DNA of 64,000 bases, from positions 64,001 to 128,000 of the forward strand of contig CAVXTP010000014.1 of the NCBI GenBank assembly GCA_963764715.1, read 5' to 3'. The stretch comes from an uncultured Acidobacteriota bacterium (GTDB lineage Bacteria; Acidobacteriota; Thermoanaerobaculia; UBA5066; Gp7-AA6). A model generated the notes under the pieces. That model was not told where the DNA came from. It worked only from the letters and a program-made list of their open reading frames with translations, and ran no database searches. This document shows, piece after piece, positions 1 through 10,427 of this stretch. The stretch's first letter is position 1; the number at the start of each line of letters is the position of its first letter. Made by a program: the position numbers and the translations under genes.

Positions 1-1002
<1,002 letters not shown>

Positions 1003-1070
1003 GGAGTTACCTCGAATGGAAATGCCGCGGCGCCAATGGCCCCCGCCGACGACTTGTCATGGAAGGCCGT

Positions 1071-1130
1071 ATTGTAGCCGATGGCCGTCGGTGCCACTGG
1101 CCGCTGCACGAACAGGCAACGGGAATGCCG
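1071..1130 (-). promoter_or_regulatory. Candidate glmS promoter elements: sigma54-like CGGCATTCCCGTTGC (1130-1116) and sigma70-like -10 TACAAT (1076-1071)
   Basis: GG-N10-GC spacing with GGCA...TTGC read on the minus strand; TACAAT about 70 nt upstream of the ATG. Motif match only. Confidence 0.35.
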
Positions 1131-1191
1131 CCGCGGGCGAACCCCGTGCGGCCGCGCGCCGCCAGCCCCCGAAACCGTGCCGTGCCCGGGG

Positions 1192-2628
1192 TTACGTCCA
1201 GCCGGACTTCTTCGCCTTGCGCCTGGCGGCCCAGCCGGGCTTGTTGGTCTGGGCCGTCCGCGACAGGGCCAGCGCGCCGTCGGGCACGTCCTCCGTCACG
1301 GTGGTGCCCGCGCCGACGTAGGCGCCGGCGCCGACCGTGACCGGGGCGACGAGCTGGACGTCGCTCCCGACGAAGGCCCCCTCGCCGATCGTGGTCGGGT
1401 GTTTCTTCTCGCCGTCGTAGTTGCAGGTGATGACGCCGGCCCCGATGTTCGCGCCGGCGCCGATGTCCGCGTCCCCGAGGTAGGAGAGGTGCTGCGCCTT
1501 GGCCCCCCGGCCGACGCGCGTGTTCTTGGTCTCGACGAAGTTGCCGATCCGGGCGTCCTCGCCGATCGCCGAGCCGGGACGGAGGCGCGAGAAAGGGCCG
1601 ACCCGCGCCCGCGGTCCGATCGACGCCTTCTCGCTTTCGACGTGCGGCCCCACGACCGCCCCGGCCTCCACGCGCGTGTCGACGAGCCGGGTGAAGGACA
1701 GGATCTCGGCGCCCTCGTCGAGGGTCGTCTCGCCTTCGAGCGAAACGAAGGGGTGCAGCACCACGTCCGGCGCCACGCGGACCCGGGGAGCGATGCGCAC
1801 GGTCGCGGGATCGAGCACGGTCGCGCCGGCGTCGAGGGCGCGATCGACGCCGCGGCGCCGCTCCATCTCCTCGGCCGCCGCGAGGTCCCGCCGCGTGTTG
1901 ACGCCCCAGGCTTCCCGCCAGTCCCCCGCCTCGATCGCCTCGACGCGGCCCTTGCCCGAGGCCAGGATCTCGACGGCGTCGGTCAGGTAGTACTCCCCGG
2001 CGACCGGGTTCTTCCGAATCCTCGCGAGCGCCCGTCCGAGCGACTCCGGGGCGAAACAATAGACGCCGGCGTTGACCTCGCCGATGCGCTTCTGCCGCGC
2101 CGAGGCGTTCTTCGCTTCGACGATTCCCCGGACCTTTCCGCGGGCGTCCCGCACGACGCGTCCGAAGTCGCCCGGCTCGGGAGGCCGGAAGGTCAGAAAC
2201 ACGAGATCGAGCCGCTTCTCCGCCTGCCGCGCGACCAGGCGCGCCAGCGTCTCGCCCGTCAGGAGCGGCGTGTCGCCGGCGAGCACGAGAACGGGACCGC
2301 CGCCCGCGGGGAGCGCCTCGAACGCGCGCCGGGCGGCGTCCCCCGTCCCGAGCGGAGGGTCCTGAATCACGAATTCGACGGCGCGCCCGTCGAGCGAGCG
2401 CTCGATGCGCTCCCGGTCGCCGCCCACGACGACGAGGACGCGCTCCGGCGAAAGATGCGCGAGCGAGTCGAGGACGGCCTCGACGAGAGTGCGCCCCGCG
2501 ACGCGGTGCAGCACCTTGGGCAGCGAGGAGCGCATCCTCGACCCGACGCCCGCCGCGAGCACGACGGCGCGCGGAGGCGCCGGGAAGGGGCGCCCCGAAG
2601 CCGGCCGACTTCCGGAGCGCCGCTTCAT
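1192..2628 (-). CDS. glmU: Bifunctional UDP-GlcNAc pyrophosphorylase / glucosamine-1-P N-acetyltransferase
   Basis: LAAGVGSRMRSSLPKVLH, GEYYLTD, hexapeptide repeats, HLSYLGDA, NYDGEKKH; TATACT 6 nt before the ATG suggests a leaderless mRNA. Confidence 0.97.
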   Translation of the reverse strand: MKRRSGSRPASGRPFPAPPRAVVLAAGVGSRMRSSLPKVLHRVAGRTLVEAVLDSLAHLSPERVLVVVGGDRERIERSLDGRAVEFVIQDPPLGTGDAARRAFEALPAGGGPVLVLAGDTPLLTGETLARLVARQAEKRLDLVFLTFRPPEPGDFGRVVRDARGKVRGIVEAKNASARQKRIGEVNAGVYCFAPESLGRALARIRKNPVAGEYYLTDAVEILASGKGRVEAIEAGDWREAWGVNTRRDLAAAEEMERRRGVDRALDAGATVLDPATVRIAPRVRVAPDVVLHPFVSLEGETTLDEGAEILSFTRLVDTRVEAGAVVGPHVESEKASIGPRARVGPFSRLRPGSAIGEDARIGNFVETKNTRVGRGAKAQHLSYLGDADIGAGANIGAGVITCNYDGEKKHPTTIGEGAFVGSDVQLVAPVTVGAGAYVGAGTTVTEDVPDGALALSRTAQTNKPGWAARRKAKKSGWT

Positions 2629-2665
2629 GGCCGAAGTATAGGCCGAGGCCCGGCGGGCCCCGGCG

Positions 2666-3337
2666 CTACGACGCCAGCAGCTTCTGGAACTCGGGCGCCT
2701 CGCGCACCGGGTCGAAGTCCCGGTCGTGCCGCGCGAGCACGCGGTGGCGCTGGTCCTCCTCGATCGCCTTCTGCAGGTGGACGAGGGCGGTTCCGAGCTC
2801 CCCCTGCTGCGCGTAGCAGCAGGCGAGCAGGAAGTCGACGCGGCCGCCGCCGTTCTTGCGCGCCGCGCGGTTCAGGTGCTCGATGGCCTCGGCGACGTTG
2901 CCGCGGTTCTTCTCGAGGACCGCCGCGTAGTAGAAGTCCTCCGGCTCCGTCAGCGCGGGACGCGGATCGCGGCGCTGGCGCTCGCACACGGTCAGGTAGA
3001 CGCGCGCGCGGTCGACGAGCTCGCGCTCCTCGGGGTACTTCTGGATGAGGTCGACGAAATGCCGCTCGGCTTCGTCGAGCTTCTTCTTCTGGAGGGCCGC
3101 GACGCCGCGGTCGTAATCCTTGCGCGCGTTCTCGGTGTGCTTCGAAAGCTCCTTGAACGTCTGGGGCTTCTTCGGGGCGGGGCCGTCGGCCGCGCCGCCG
3201 AGCAGTCCCAGGGCCTTCATCTTCTTCTCGAGCTCGTCGATCCGGACCGACAGGGCGTCGGCGAGCGCCTGGACGCTCATCTTCTCCGCGTTGTCCCGGA
3301 GGAACCTCAACTCTGCTTCCGCCCAGCGCTTGCTCAT
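2666..3337 (-). CDS. TPR-repeat protein with an N-terminal HTH/Myb-like segment
   Basis: TPR-like helices (YDRGVAAL...AERHF; FLLACCYAQQG...ARHDRDF); GGAGG SD 9-10 nt before ATG 3337. Confidence 0.7.
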   Translation of the reverse strand: MSKRWAEAELRFLRDNAEKMSVQALADALSVRIDELEKKMKALGLLGGAADGPAPKKPQTFKELSKHTENARKDYDRGVAALQKKKLDEAERHFVDLIQKYPEERELVDRARVYLTVCERQRRDPRPALTEPEDFYYAAVLEKNRGNVAEAIEHLNRAARKNGGGRVDFLLACCYAQQGELGTALVHLQKAIEEDQRHRVLARHDRDFDPVREAPEFQKLLAS

Positions 3338-3469
3338 CTCGATCAAACCTCCCGGCCGCTTTCGAAAAAACGGCGTATTGTAGGGAGGCCCCGGCGCGGT
3401 GTCAAATGACGGGAATCGCCGGACCGCCCCGAAGCGTTGATTCCGGTGGAGAACGCCCGAGAAACTCGA

Positions 3470-3760
3470 ATGAGCCGAGCCATCCGTTTCACGCTGCTGG
3501 CCGCCGCGCTCGCGGCCCCGCCGGCGCTCCGGGCCGAGGCGGACAAGGCGCTGACGGTGACCGGAACGATCGCGCGGCTGCAGGCCACGGCGCGAACGGT
3601 CGTCGTCGCGCTCGCGGAGGGCGGCGAGGCCACCTTCGTCTGGAACGCCGACACGAAGATCAGCGGGGTCCTGACGCCCGGGGCCCGGGTCACCGTGCGC
3701 TACGTGTCCGGCGACAACGGCGGCAATCTCGCCCTCCAGATCACCGTCGCGCGGAGCTGA
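3470..3760 (+). CDS. Small exported OB-fold-like hypothetical protein
   Basis: Signal peptide MSRAIRFTLLAAALAAPPALRA; beta-rich VTGTI...TKISG..L.PG.RVTVRY pattern. Confidence 0.6.
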   Translation: MSRAIRFTLLAAALAAPPALRAEADKALTVTGTIARLQATARTVVVALAEGGEATFVWNADTKISGVLTPGARVTVRYVSGDNGGNLALQITVARS

Positions 3761-3839
3761 TCCGCGGCGCCCTCGACCGGCCGTCCCGGTTTGCTAGAAT
3801 CTCCGCGCGCCGCGCTCCGTCGCGGCGAGGAGGAATCCG

Positions 3840-4103
3840 ATGGGGATGTACATCATCGCGGAGCCGTGCATCGGGACCAAGGACACGGCGTGCGTCGACG
3901 TCTGTCCGGTCGACTGCATTCATCCGCGCAAGGACGAAGCCGGCTTCGAGGCCGCGGAAATGCTCTACATCGATCCCGACGTCTGCATCCAGTGCGGCAA
4001 CTGCGAGCCGGCCTGCCCGGTGACGGCCATCTTCACGGAAGAGACGATCCCCGAGAAGTGGAAGCACTTCCAGCAGATCAACGCGGACTGGTACAAGAAA
4101 TGA
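3840..4103 (+). CDS. Dicluster ferredoxin (FdxA type)
   Basis: EPCIGTKDTACVDVCPVDCI and CIQCGNCEPACP; GAGGAGG SD. Confidence 0.93.
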   Translation: MGMYIIAEPCIGTKDTACVDVCPVDCIHPRKDEAGFEAAEMLYIDPDVCIQCGNCEPACPVTAIFTEETIPEKWKHFQQINADWYKK

Positions 4104-4104
4104 C

Positions 4105-4151
4105 GTAGGGGCGGGGCTTGTCCCCGCCCGGGGCGGCCGCACGGCCGCCCC
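4105..4151 (+). repeat. GTAG-type REP element, copy 1
   Basis: GTAGGGGCGGGGCTTGTCCCCGCCC followed by a second palindrome GGGCGGCC-GCAC-GGCCGCCC. Confidence 0.85.
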
Positions 4152-4167
4152 AGGTCCCGTTCGGTCC

Positions 4168-4914
4168 CTACTTCCCCTTCAAGGTTCTCCCAAGAAACGC
4201 GTCCGCCCGAGCGTCGGCGTCCTTCGCGTCCGCCGAGCGATACACCTTCGGGTCCTTCGACGACGCGAAGCCGTGGCCGGCGTCGGGGTAGACCTTGAAG
4301 TCCACGCTCTTGCCGTCCTTCTTCGCCGCGGCGGCGAACTCCTCGACGTCCTTCGCGGGAATGCCCTGATCCTGCCCGCCGAAGTTGCCGAGGAGGGGCA
4401 CCTTCAGGCCGGCGATCGTCGCCGGATCGGTCATGAGGTGGCCGTAGTAGATGACGGCGCCGGCGAGCGTCGGCTCCGCCACCGCCAGGTTGAGCGAGAG
4501 TCCGCCGCCCATGCACCAGCCCACGGACGCGATCTTCGTGCCGTCGACGTCGGGGCGCCCGCGCAGGTAGGCCACCGCCGCCTTCATGTCCCGCAGCGCC
4601 CGGTCGTCGGGCATGCCGCGCATCAGCTGGTGCGCGGTGTCGGGGTCCGCGGTGACCTTCCCGCGGTAGAGATCGACGGCGAGGGCGACGTAGCCCTGTT
4701 TCGCGAAGCCGTCGGCCTTGGCCCTGGCCCAGTCGTTCAATCCCCACCACTCGTGGATCACGACGATCGCCGGCTTCCTGGCGGCGCCCTCGGGCGCGGC
4801 GAGGTAGCCCGTGACCGTCTCGGGACCGCTGGGATACGAAACCATCGTGCCGGCCGCCGCGAGACCCGCGACCGCGAGCCAGCCGACGAGCGTGACGAAG
4901 AGCTTTCTGAGCAT
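4168..4914 (-). CDS. Dienelactone hydrolase family protein, exported
   Basis: IHEWWGLN, GWCMGG nucleophile motif, YPDAGHGF; signal peptide; GGAGG SD before ATG 4914. Confidence 0.92.
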   Translation of the reverse strand: MLRKLFVTLVGWLAVAGLAAAGTMVSYPSGPETVTGYLAAPEGAARKPAIVVIHEWWGLNDWARAKADGFAKQGYVALAVDLYRGKVTADPDTAHQLMRGMPDDRALRDMKAAVAYLRGRPDVDGTKIASVGWCMGGGLSLNLAVAEPTLAGAVIYYGHLMTDPATIAGLKVPLLGNFGGQDQGIPAKDVEEFAAAAKKDGKSVDFKVYPDAGHGFASSKDPKVYRSADAKDADARADAFLGRTLKGK

Positions 4915-4942
4915 GGTGCCTCCCTGCGCTAATCTTAGTGCG

Positions 4943-5434
4943 GTGGAGCTGCTCTTCCCCATCGCCGAGCCCGACCCCGAGTCGCGGCTCCAGCTCCTCT
5001 ACGATCGCCTCGCCTCCCGCTTCGGTCTCGACCCCGCCCGCGTCCGGCTCTCGCGCCGCAAGCTGACGGGCGGCGAGATCGTGTACGGACCGCCGCACCG
5101 CATCGTGATCTCCGCGCACCTCTCCCCGGCCGAGCAGGAGGACACTCTCCGGCACGAAGCCGCCCACGCCTGGGTGTGGCGTCTCGAGGGCCCCCGGGCC
5201 GGGCACGGCGCCCTGTTCCGACGCCTTTCCCGCACGCTCGGGGCCCGCGACGGCGGGGCCCCCGAGACCGCGGCGCTGCGCGAGTTCCGCGAGAAACGCG
5301 CCCGCGTCGCGTACGGGTGCGAGGGATGCCGGCGGATCTTCCGGCGCTTCCGTCCGTTCCGCGGCGCGCGCGAGTGCCTGGCCTGCCGGCGGGCCGGACG
5401 GCCGGCGCGCCTCGAGCGCCTGCCGCTTCCATGA
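4943..5434 (+). CDS. SprT-like zinc metalloprotease domain protein
   Basis: TLRHEAAH, GHGALF, and C-terminal CxxC...CxxC zinc ribbon; start uncertain. Confidence 0.8.
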   Translation: MELLFPIAEPDPESRLQLLYDRLASRFGLDPARVRLSRRKLTGGEIVYGPPHRIVISAHLSPAEQEDTLRHEAAHAWVWRLEGPRAGHGALFRRLSRTLGARDGGAPETAALREFREKRARVAYGCEGCRRIFRRFRPFRGARECLACRRAGRPARLERLPLP

Positions 5435-6282
5435 CCTCGGAGCGCAAGGGGCTCCTCTTCGTCGCGGCGGCGGCGCTGCTCTGGTCGACCGGAGGCATCG
5501 GCATCAAGTCCCTGTCCGAGCCGCCGCTCGTCATCGCGTTCTACCGTTCGGCCACGGCCGCGGTCGCGCTGCTCGCGATCTTCCGGCCCCGCGCCTGGCG
5601 CTGGACGCCGGCCTTCCTCGTCGGCCTCGTCAGCTACGCCGCGTGCCTGACGACCTTCGTCCTCGCCACCAAGTGGACCTCGGCCGCCAACGCGATCTTC
5701 ATCCAGTACGCCGGCGTCATCTGGGTGCTGCTCGCCTCGCCCCTCGTCCTGCGGGAGCCCCTGCGCCGCCGCGACGCGTTCGCCGTGGCGGCCGCGTTCG
5801 CCGGGATGCTGCTCTTCTTCCTGGGCCGCTTCGAGGCCCGCGGCCTGCGGGGCGAGATCACGGCCCTCCTCTCGAGCCTCTTCTTCGCGGCCCTCGTCCT
5901 CGCCCTGCGGCGCGAGCGGGGCCAGGCGGCCGAGGCCGTCGTCTGCTGGGGCAACGTGCTCGCCGCCGCGGCCCTCCTTCCGTTCGTGTGGAGCGAGCTC
6001 GCGGTGCCGCCGCGCTCGGCCGCCATCCTGACGTTTCTCGGCGTCTTCCAGATCGGCGTGGCCTACGCGCTCTTCGTCCACGGCCTGCGGTACGTCACGG
6101 CGACCGAGGCGTCGCTCATGGGGATGCTCGAGCCGATCGCCAACCCCATCTGGGTGTTTCTCTTCGTCGGCGAGCGGCCGACCGCGCCGTCGCTCGCGGG
6201 AGGCGCGATCGTCCTCTCGGCGATCGCCTGGCGCACGCTCACGGGCGGCACGCCGACGCCCGAGGCCCAGCCGCCGGACTGA
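5431..6282 (+). CDS. EamA/DMT family transporter
   Basis: About 10 hydrophobic segments, LLWSTGG and LEPIANPIW; ATGA overlap with the upstream gene. Confidence 0.9.
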   Translation: MTSERKGLLFVAAAALLWSTGGIGIKSLSEPPLVIAFYRSATAAVALLAIFRPRAWRWTPAFLVGLVSYAACLTTFVLATKWTSAANAIFIQYAGVIWVLLASPLVLREPLRRRDAFAVAAAFAGMLLFFLGRFEARGLRGEITALLSSLFFAALVLALRRERGQAAEAVVCWGNVLAAAALLPFVWSELAVPPRSAAILTFLGVFQIGVAYALFVHGLRYVTATEASLMGMLEPIANPIWVFLFVGERPTAPSLAGGAIVLSAIAWRTLTGGTPTPEAQPPD

Positions 6283-6288
6283 GGACCC

Positions 6289-7428
6289 TCAGCCCGGGAG
6301 GTCGAACTCGCGGCGCAGCCGCTCGCCGTCGGCATCGAGCGCGGGCGGGGCTTCGAGGCGCCGGGGCGCTCCCTCGACCCGGATCGGCGACGCGACGAAC
6401 GCGAAGCCCCCGGCCTCGACGACGGCGCCGAGGGCGCGGGCCGTCTCGCTGCGGAGCGCCTCGAGCGGGCTCCGAACCGGTCCGGCGGGAATGCCCGCGG
6501 CGCGGCAGCGCGCGACCCAGGCCTCGCGGGTCTCGCGGCGGAAGATCCCGGAGAGCTCGGCCTCGAGCCCGGCGCGGTTTCGCACGCGGTCCGCGTTGGC
6601 CCGGTAGCGCTCGTCGGCCGCCCACTCCGGCCGGCCGACGAGCCCGGCGAGCCGCTCGAACTGCCGGTCGGTCCCGACTCCCAGCACGAAGGCGCCGTCG
6701 GAGGCCTCGAACGTCCGGTACGGGACGATCTGCGGATGCGCGTTCCCGTGGCGGGCGGCCTCTTCGCCCGTGACGAGCGCCGACTGCGCGACGTTGATGA
6801 GCGAGCCGAGCGTCGCCGAGAAGAGGTCGGTTTCGACGTGCGTCCCCCGCCCGGTCCGCTCGCGCGCCGTGAGTGCGGCGAGGATCCCGATCGCCGCGTA
6901 ACAGCCGGCGAGCAGGTCCGAGACCGCGACACCCACCTTGGTCGGGCCCGACTCGGGCGTGCCCGTGATCGCCATGAGGCCCGCGCCCGCCTGCGCGAGC
7001 AGGTCGAAGCCCGGGGCCGTCGCGTCCGGACCGCGCGGGCCGAAGCCCGTGATCGAGGCGGTCACCAGCCGCGGGTTCTCGCGCCGCAGCTCCGCGGCGG
7101 ACAGGCCGAACTTCTCGAGTCCGCCCGGCGGGAAGTTCTCGACGAAGACGTCGGCGCGCCGCGCGAGCCGCCGCACGGATTCCGCGCCCGCCGGCGAACC
7201 GAGGTCGAGGGCGATCGACTCCTTGTTGCGGTTGACCGAGAGAAAGTAGGCCGAGAGACCGGAGCCGGGGTCGTAGGGCGGGCCCCAGCCGCGCGTCACG
7301 TCGCCGTCGCCGGGGTGCTCGACCTTGACGACGCGCGCGCCGAGGTCGCCCAGCATCATCGTGCAGAACGGGCCCGCCAGCACCCGCGAGAGATCGAGGA
7401 CGAGGAGGCCCTCGAGGGGCGCGCCCAC
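6289..7428 (-). CDS. CoA-transferase family III (CaiB/BaiF)
   Basis: DLSRVLAGPFCTMMLGDLGA, NRNKESIALDL, ENFPPG. Confidence 0.93.
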   Translation of the reverse strand: MGAPLEGLLVLDLSRVLAGPFCTMMLGDLGARVVKVEHPGDGDVTRGWGPPYDPGSGLSAYFLSVNRNKESIALDLGSPAGAESVRRLARRADVFVENFPPGGLEKFGLSAAELRRENPRLVTASITGFGPRGPDATAPGFDLLAQAGAGLMAITGTPESGPTKVGVAVSDLLAGCYAAIGILAALTARERTGRGTHVETDLFSATLGSLINVAQSALVTGEEAARHGNAHPQIVPYRTFEASDGAFVLGVGTDRQFERLAGLVGRPEWAADERYRANADRVRNRAGLEAELSGIFRRETREAWVARCRAAGIPAGPVRSPLEALRSETARALGAVVEAGGFAFVASPIRVEGAPRRLEAPPALDADGERLRREFDLPG

Positions 7429-7434
7429 CGCGGC

Positions 7435-9045
7435 CTACCGGGCGGCCGCCGGCGCCGGGTGCCAGCCGAGCGGGCCGGGGAGGAAGTGGAAGAGGCCGAT
7501 CGGGGAAAGCTCCACGCCCTGGACGCGCCGCGAAACGCCCCAGTACTGGTCGGCGCCCCAGAGGAAGTCGGCCGGCGGGTCCTCGGCGAGGATGCGGTGC
7601 ACCTGCCGGTACAGACCGATGCGCTTCTCGGGGTCGGTCTCGAGACGCGCCGCGGCCATGACGCGGTCCGCCTCGGCGTTGGCGTAGAACCCGGTGTTCT
7701 GGCCGCGCGGAGCGTGCTGGCTCGAGTGGTAGTACGGGAACGGATCGAAGTTCGGAGGGAGGAAGAACCGGGCCGTCAGGTAGCCGTCGTAGTCGCCGGC
7801 CTGCGCGCGCTCGGCGACCTGCGCCGCGTCGAGGGCGAGGATCTGGAGCTCGACGCCCACCTGGGCGTAGGCGCTCCGGAGGATCTCGGCGAGGTTGCCG
7901 TCGATCCGCCGACCGGCCTTGATCAGCAGGGTGAGCGAGGCTTTCTTCCCGCCCCTGCGCCGCACGCCGCCCGCGTCCGCCCTCCAGCCGGCCTCGTCGA
8001 GGAGGCGGCCGGCGAGGGCCTTGTCGAAGGCGGCCGGCGCGACGTCCGGCGCGTTGGCCGAAACAGCCGGCGGAAACGGGCCCGACACCAGGGCCGCGCC
8101 GTCGGGCGGATAGAGCAGCTTCGCCGCGTCCTCGCGGGACCAGGAATGCGCGAGGGCCCGCCGCACGCGCGGGTCCGACAGGAACGCGTTCCGGACGTTC
8201 CAGAGAAGGAGGACCTCGAGGGGTTGGGGAACGCGCAGAATCCGGTTGCGCGCCTTGAACTCTTCGCTCGACTCGGCGATCGCCCGCTGGTCGCGGCTGA
8301 TCCGGAACTCGTCGAGCTCGCCGCGGGCGCCCGCCTGGAAGCGGGTGCTGTCGCTCGGGATGACTCGGAAGACGAGCTCCGGGAAGCCTCCCTCCTTCGC
8401 GTCCGGGCGCCGCGTCAGCCGGATGCTCCGGTTGGGCTCCCACGACGCGAACCGGTAGGGGCCGCTCCCGACCGGCGAGCGGTCGGTATCGGCGCGGCTC
8501 TTCGCGCGGCCGTAGGCGGCCGCCGAAACGATCGGCAGGTTGAAGGCGAGGATCCGCTCCGCGTAGGGGCGGGAGAACCGCACCCGCACGGTCGCGGCGT
8601 CGGGCGTCTCGATCGCGGCCACTTCCTCGAAGAACCCGCTCCAGCTCGCCGCGTGGACCTTCGGGTCCCGGATCCGCTCGATCGTGAAGCGTACGTCGTC
8701 CGAGGTCACGGGCGATCCGTCGTCCCAGGTGGCCGCCGGATCGAGCCGGAACTCGTACGTCAGTCCGTCCGGCGAGACGGTCCACGATTTCGCGAGCGCC
8801 GGAACGGTCGCGAGCGTCCGGTCGAGCCCGACGAGCGGCCGGAACATCATCCAGACGACCCGCAGCTCCTCCTCCTCCGTGATGGCCGTCGGGTCGAGGG
8901 TCGCGGGTTCTCCGAGGAGGTGCAGCGAGAGAGGAGCGGCCGACGGCGCCGGCGCCTCGCGGCGGGCGCAGGAGACGGCGGCGAGGAGCCCGAGACCGAG
9001 TCCGAAGCCGGCGAGAGCGGTGAGGCTTCGGGAAAGGCGCTTCAT
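7435..9045 (-). CDS. ABC transporter substrate-binding lipoprotein, family 5 (peptide/nickel)
   Basis: PALAKSWTVSPDGLTYEFRL, PVGSGPY; lipobox AVSC. Confidence 0.9.
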   Translation of the reverse strand: MKRLSRSLTALAGFGLGLGLLAAVSCARREAPAPSAAPLSLHLLGEPATLDPTAITEEEELRVVWMMFRPLVGLDRTLATVPALAKSWTVSPDGLTYEFRLDPAATWDDGSPVTSDDVRFTIERIRDPKVHAASWSGFFEEVAAIETPDAATVRVRFSRPYAERILAFNLPIVSAAAYGRAKSRADTDRSPVGSGPYRFASWEPNRSIRLTRRPDAKEGGFPELVFRVIPSDSTRFQAGARGELDEFRISRDQRAIAESSEEFKARNRILRVPQPLEVLLLWNVRNAFLSDPRVRRALAHSWSREDAAKLLYPPDGAALVSGPFPPAVSANAPDVAPAAFDKALAGRLLDEAGWRADAGGVRRRGGKKASLTLLIKAGRRIDGNLAEILRSAYAQVGVELQILALDAAQVAERAQAGDYDGYLTARFFLPPNFDPFPYYHSSQHAPRGQNTGFYANAEADRVMAAARLETDPEKRIGLYRQVHRILAEDPPADFLWGADQYWGVSRRVQGVELSPIGLFHFLPGPLGWHPAPAAAR

Positions 9046-9076
9046 CGGCGGCGGCAGACAGAATAGCATCCCGGGC

Positions 9077-9763
9077 GTGGCGACCGTCGTCCTCGACATC
9101 GAAACCGCCGGTCAGCCCTGGGACTCGCTCGACGACGCGCAGCGCACGTACCTCGCGAAGAACGCGCGCTCGGACGAAGAGCGCGAGAAGCTGCCCGAGA
9201 CGCTTTCGCTGTGGCCCCTGACCGGAAAGATCATCGTGGTCGCAATGCTCAATCCCGAGAGCGGCCGCGGCCGGATCTGGTACGAGAAGACCGACGGGCG
9301 CTCCGAGGAGACCTCCACCGACCGGCGCTTCACCTTCGTCGGCGACGAGGAGCCGGTCTTCCTCGCCGAGTTCTGGAAGGCGATGCGCCGCTTCCAGCGC
9401 TTCGTGACCTTCAACGGCCGCGGCTTCGACGGCCCGTTCCTGATGCTCCGCAGCGCCGCCCTCGGCGTGCCGGCGACCCGCAACCTCGTCGGCTACCGCT
9501 ACTCCCTCAAGCCCCACACCGACCTGCTCGAGGCGATCACCTTCTTCGGCGCCTCCCGCAAGTGGAACCTCGACTTCGCCTGCAAGGCGTTCGGGGTGGA
9601 AAGCCCGAAGGAGCAGGGAATGGACGGATTCTCGGTGGGACCGTATTATCGGGCGGGGAGGCTGCGCGAGATCGCGAACTACTGCCGTCGGGACGTCGAG
9701 GCCACGGCCGGGCTCTACCGGAAGCTCGAGAAGACGCTGCTCCCGGCCCTCGATATCCGCTGA
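9077..9763 (+). CDS. DnaQ/PolB-like 3'-5' exonuclease (RNase H fold)
   Basis: ExoI VLDIET, ExoII FNGRGFD, ExoIII YCRRDV. Confidence 0.88.
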   Translation: MATVVLDIETAGQPWDSLDDAQRTYLAKNARSDEEREKLPETLSLWPLTGKIIVVAMLNPESGRGRIWYEKTDGRSEETSTDRRFTFVGDEEPVFLAEFWKAMRRFQRFVTFNGRGFDGPFLMLRSAALGVPATRNLVGYRYSLKPHTDLLEAITFFGASRKWNLDFACKAFGVESPKEQGMDGFSVGPYYRAGRLREIANYCRRDVEATAGLYRKLEKTLLPALDIR

Positions 9764-9804
9764 AAGTGCTGTGCTACGATGACGACCCCAAAACCGAACT
9801 CAAC

Positions 9805-10170
9805 ATGCGGAAGGATCCGAGTCAGCGCTCTATGACTCGAAAACCGGCGAACGAGAGATCTTCCGAGCGCGTCCGCATCGGCGCGCCCGCGACGCTCAAG
9901 TGGGGTGAGCAGGAGCTGACCGGTTTCGTCGAAGTCGTGAATACGAACGGGATGTTCGTGGCGACTCCGAAGGCGCCCGAGATCGGCGACTACGTCGAGC
10001 TCGTGTTCTCGCTGCCGGGAGATCGCCGGAGCTTCCGGGTCCGCGGCAACGTCGTCTTCCTCGACCAGACGCCCCCGACGGGCGCACGGCGCCCCGGCTT
10101 CGGCGCCCGCTTCGAACGGCCGCCCGTCACCCTCCTCGACGCGATCCGCAACCTTCACCGCGAACACTGA
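9805..10170 (+). CDS. PilZ domain protein
   Basis: RxxxR motif (RSSER), NTNGMF, GFGARF; start 9805 or 9832. Confidence 0.8.
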   Translation: MRKDPSQRSMTRKPANERSSERVRIGAPATLKWGEQELTGFVEVVNTNGMFVATPKAPEIGDYVELVFSLPGDRRSFRVRGNVVFLDQTPPTGARRPGFGARFERPPVTLLDAIRNLHREH

Positions 10171-10179
10171 ACCGGCAAA

Positions 10180-10204
10180 GGGCGGGGACAAGCCCCGCCC
10201 CTAC
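10180..10204 (-). repeat. GTAG-type REP element, copy 2 (single unit)
   Basis: Reverse complement of GTAGGGGCGGGGCTTGTCCCCGCCC, identical to copy 1. Confidence 0.85.
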
Positions 10205-10235
10205 GTACCGGAGCCCCGTTAGAACACCCCTCAGC

Positions 10236-10427
10236 AACATCCGTTCGCGGCGCGGGAAGTCTCCCGACCGAAGGGAGGGAGGAGGCCCGCGCCGCGGGAG
10301 CGAAGCGCGAAGCGCAGGGTCAGGCCCGCGGTCGAGCGCCGTCCGCGAGCCGCGGGCCGGTGCGACGCCGCGGCGAGCGAAGCGAGCCGCCGGCGGCGCA
10401 GACCCGAAGCGCAGCGCGGAGCGACGG
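10236..10427. repeat. Structured intergenic repeat, copy A (about 190 bp)
   Basis: Shares TCGCGGCGCG..AGTCTCCCGACCG(A/G)AGGGAGGGAGGAGG..CGCGCCGCGGGAGCGA..GGTCGAGC..GCGAGCCGC..GAGCGACGG with copies at 11634 and 17038. Confidence 0.85.

Noticed and set aside
1003-1191. glmS ribozyme
   Set aside because: The conserved core (AGCGCC...GACGAGG) was not found on the coding strand.
6239-9517. Very long Arg/Pro/Gly-rich alternative-frame and antisense ORFs (also 17160-20150, 20658-23468, 29531-31759 and others)
   Set aside because: These are shadow ORFs caused by high GC and stop-codon scarcity; they overlap well-supported genes and carry no motifs.
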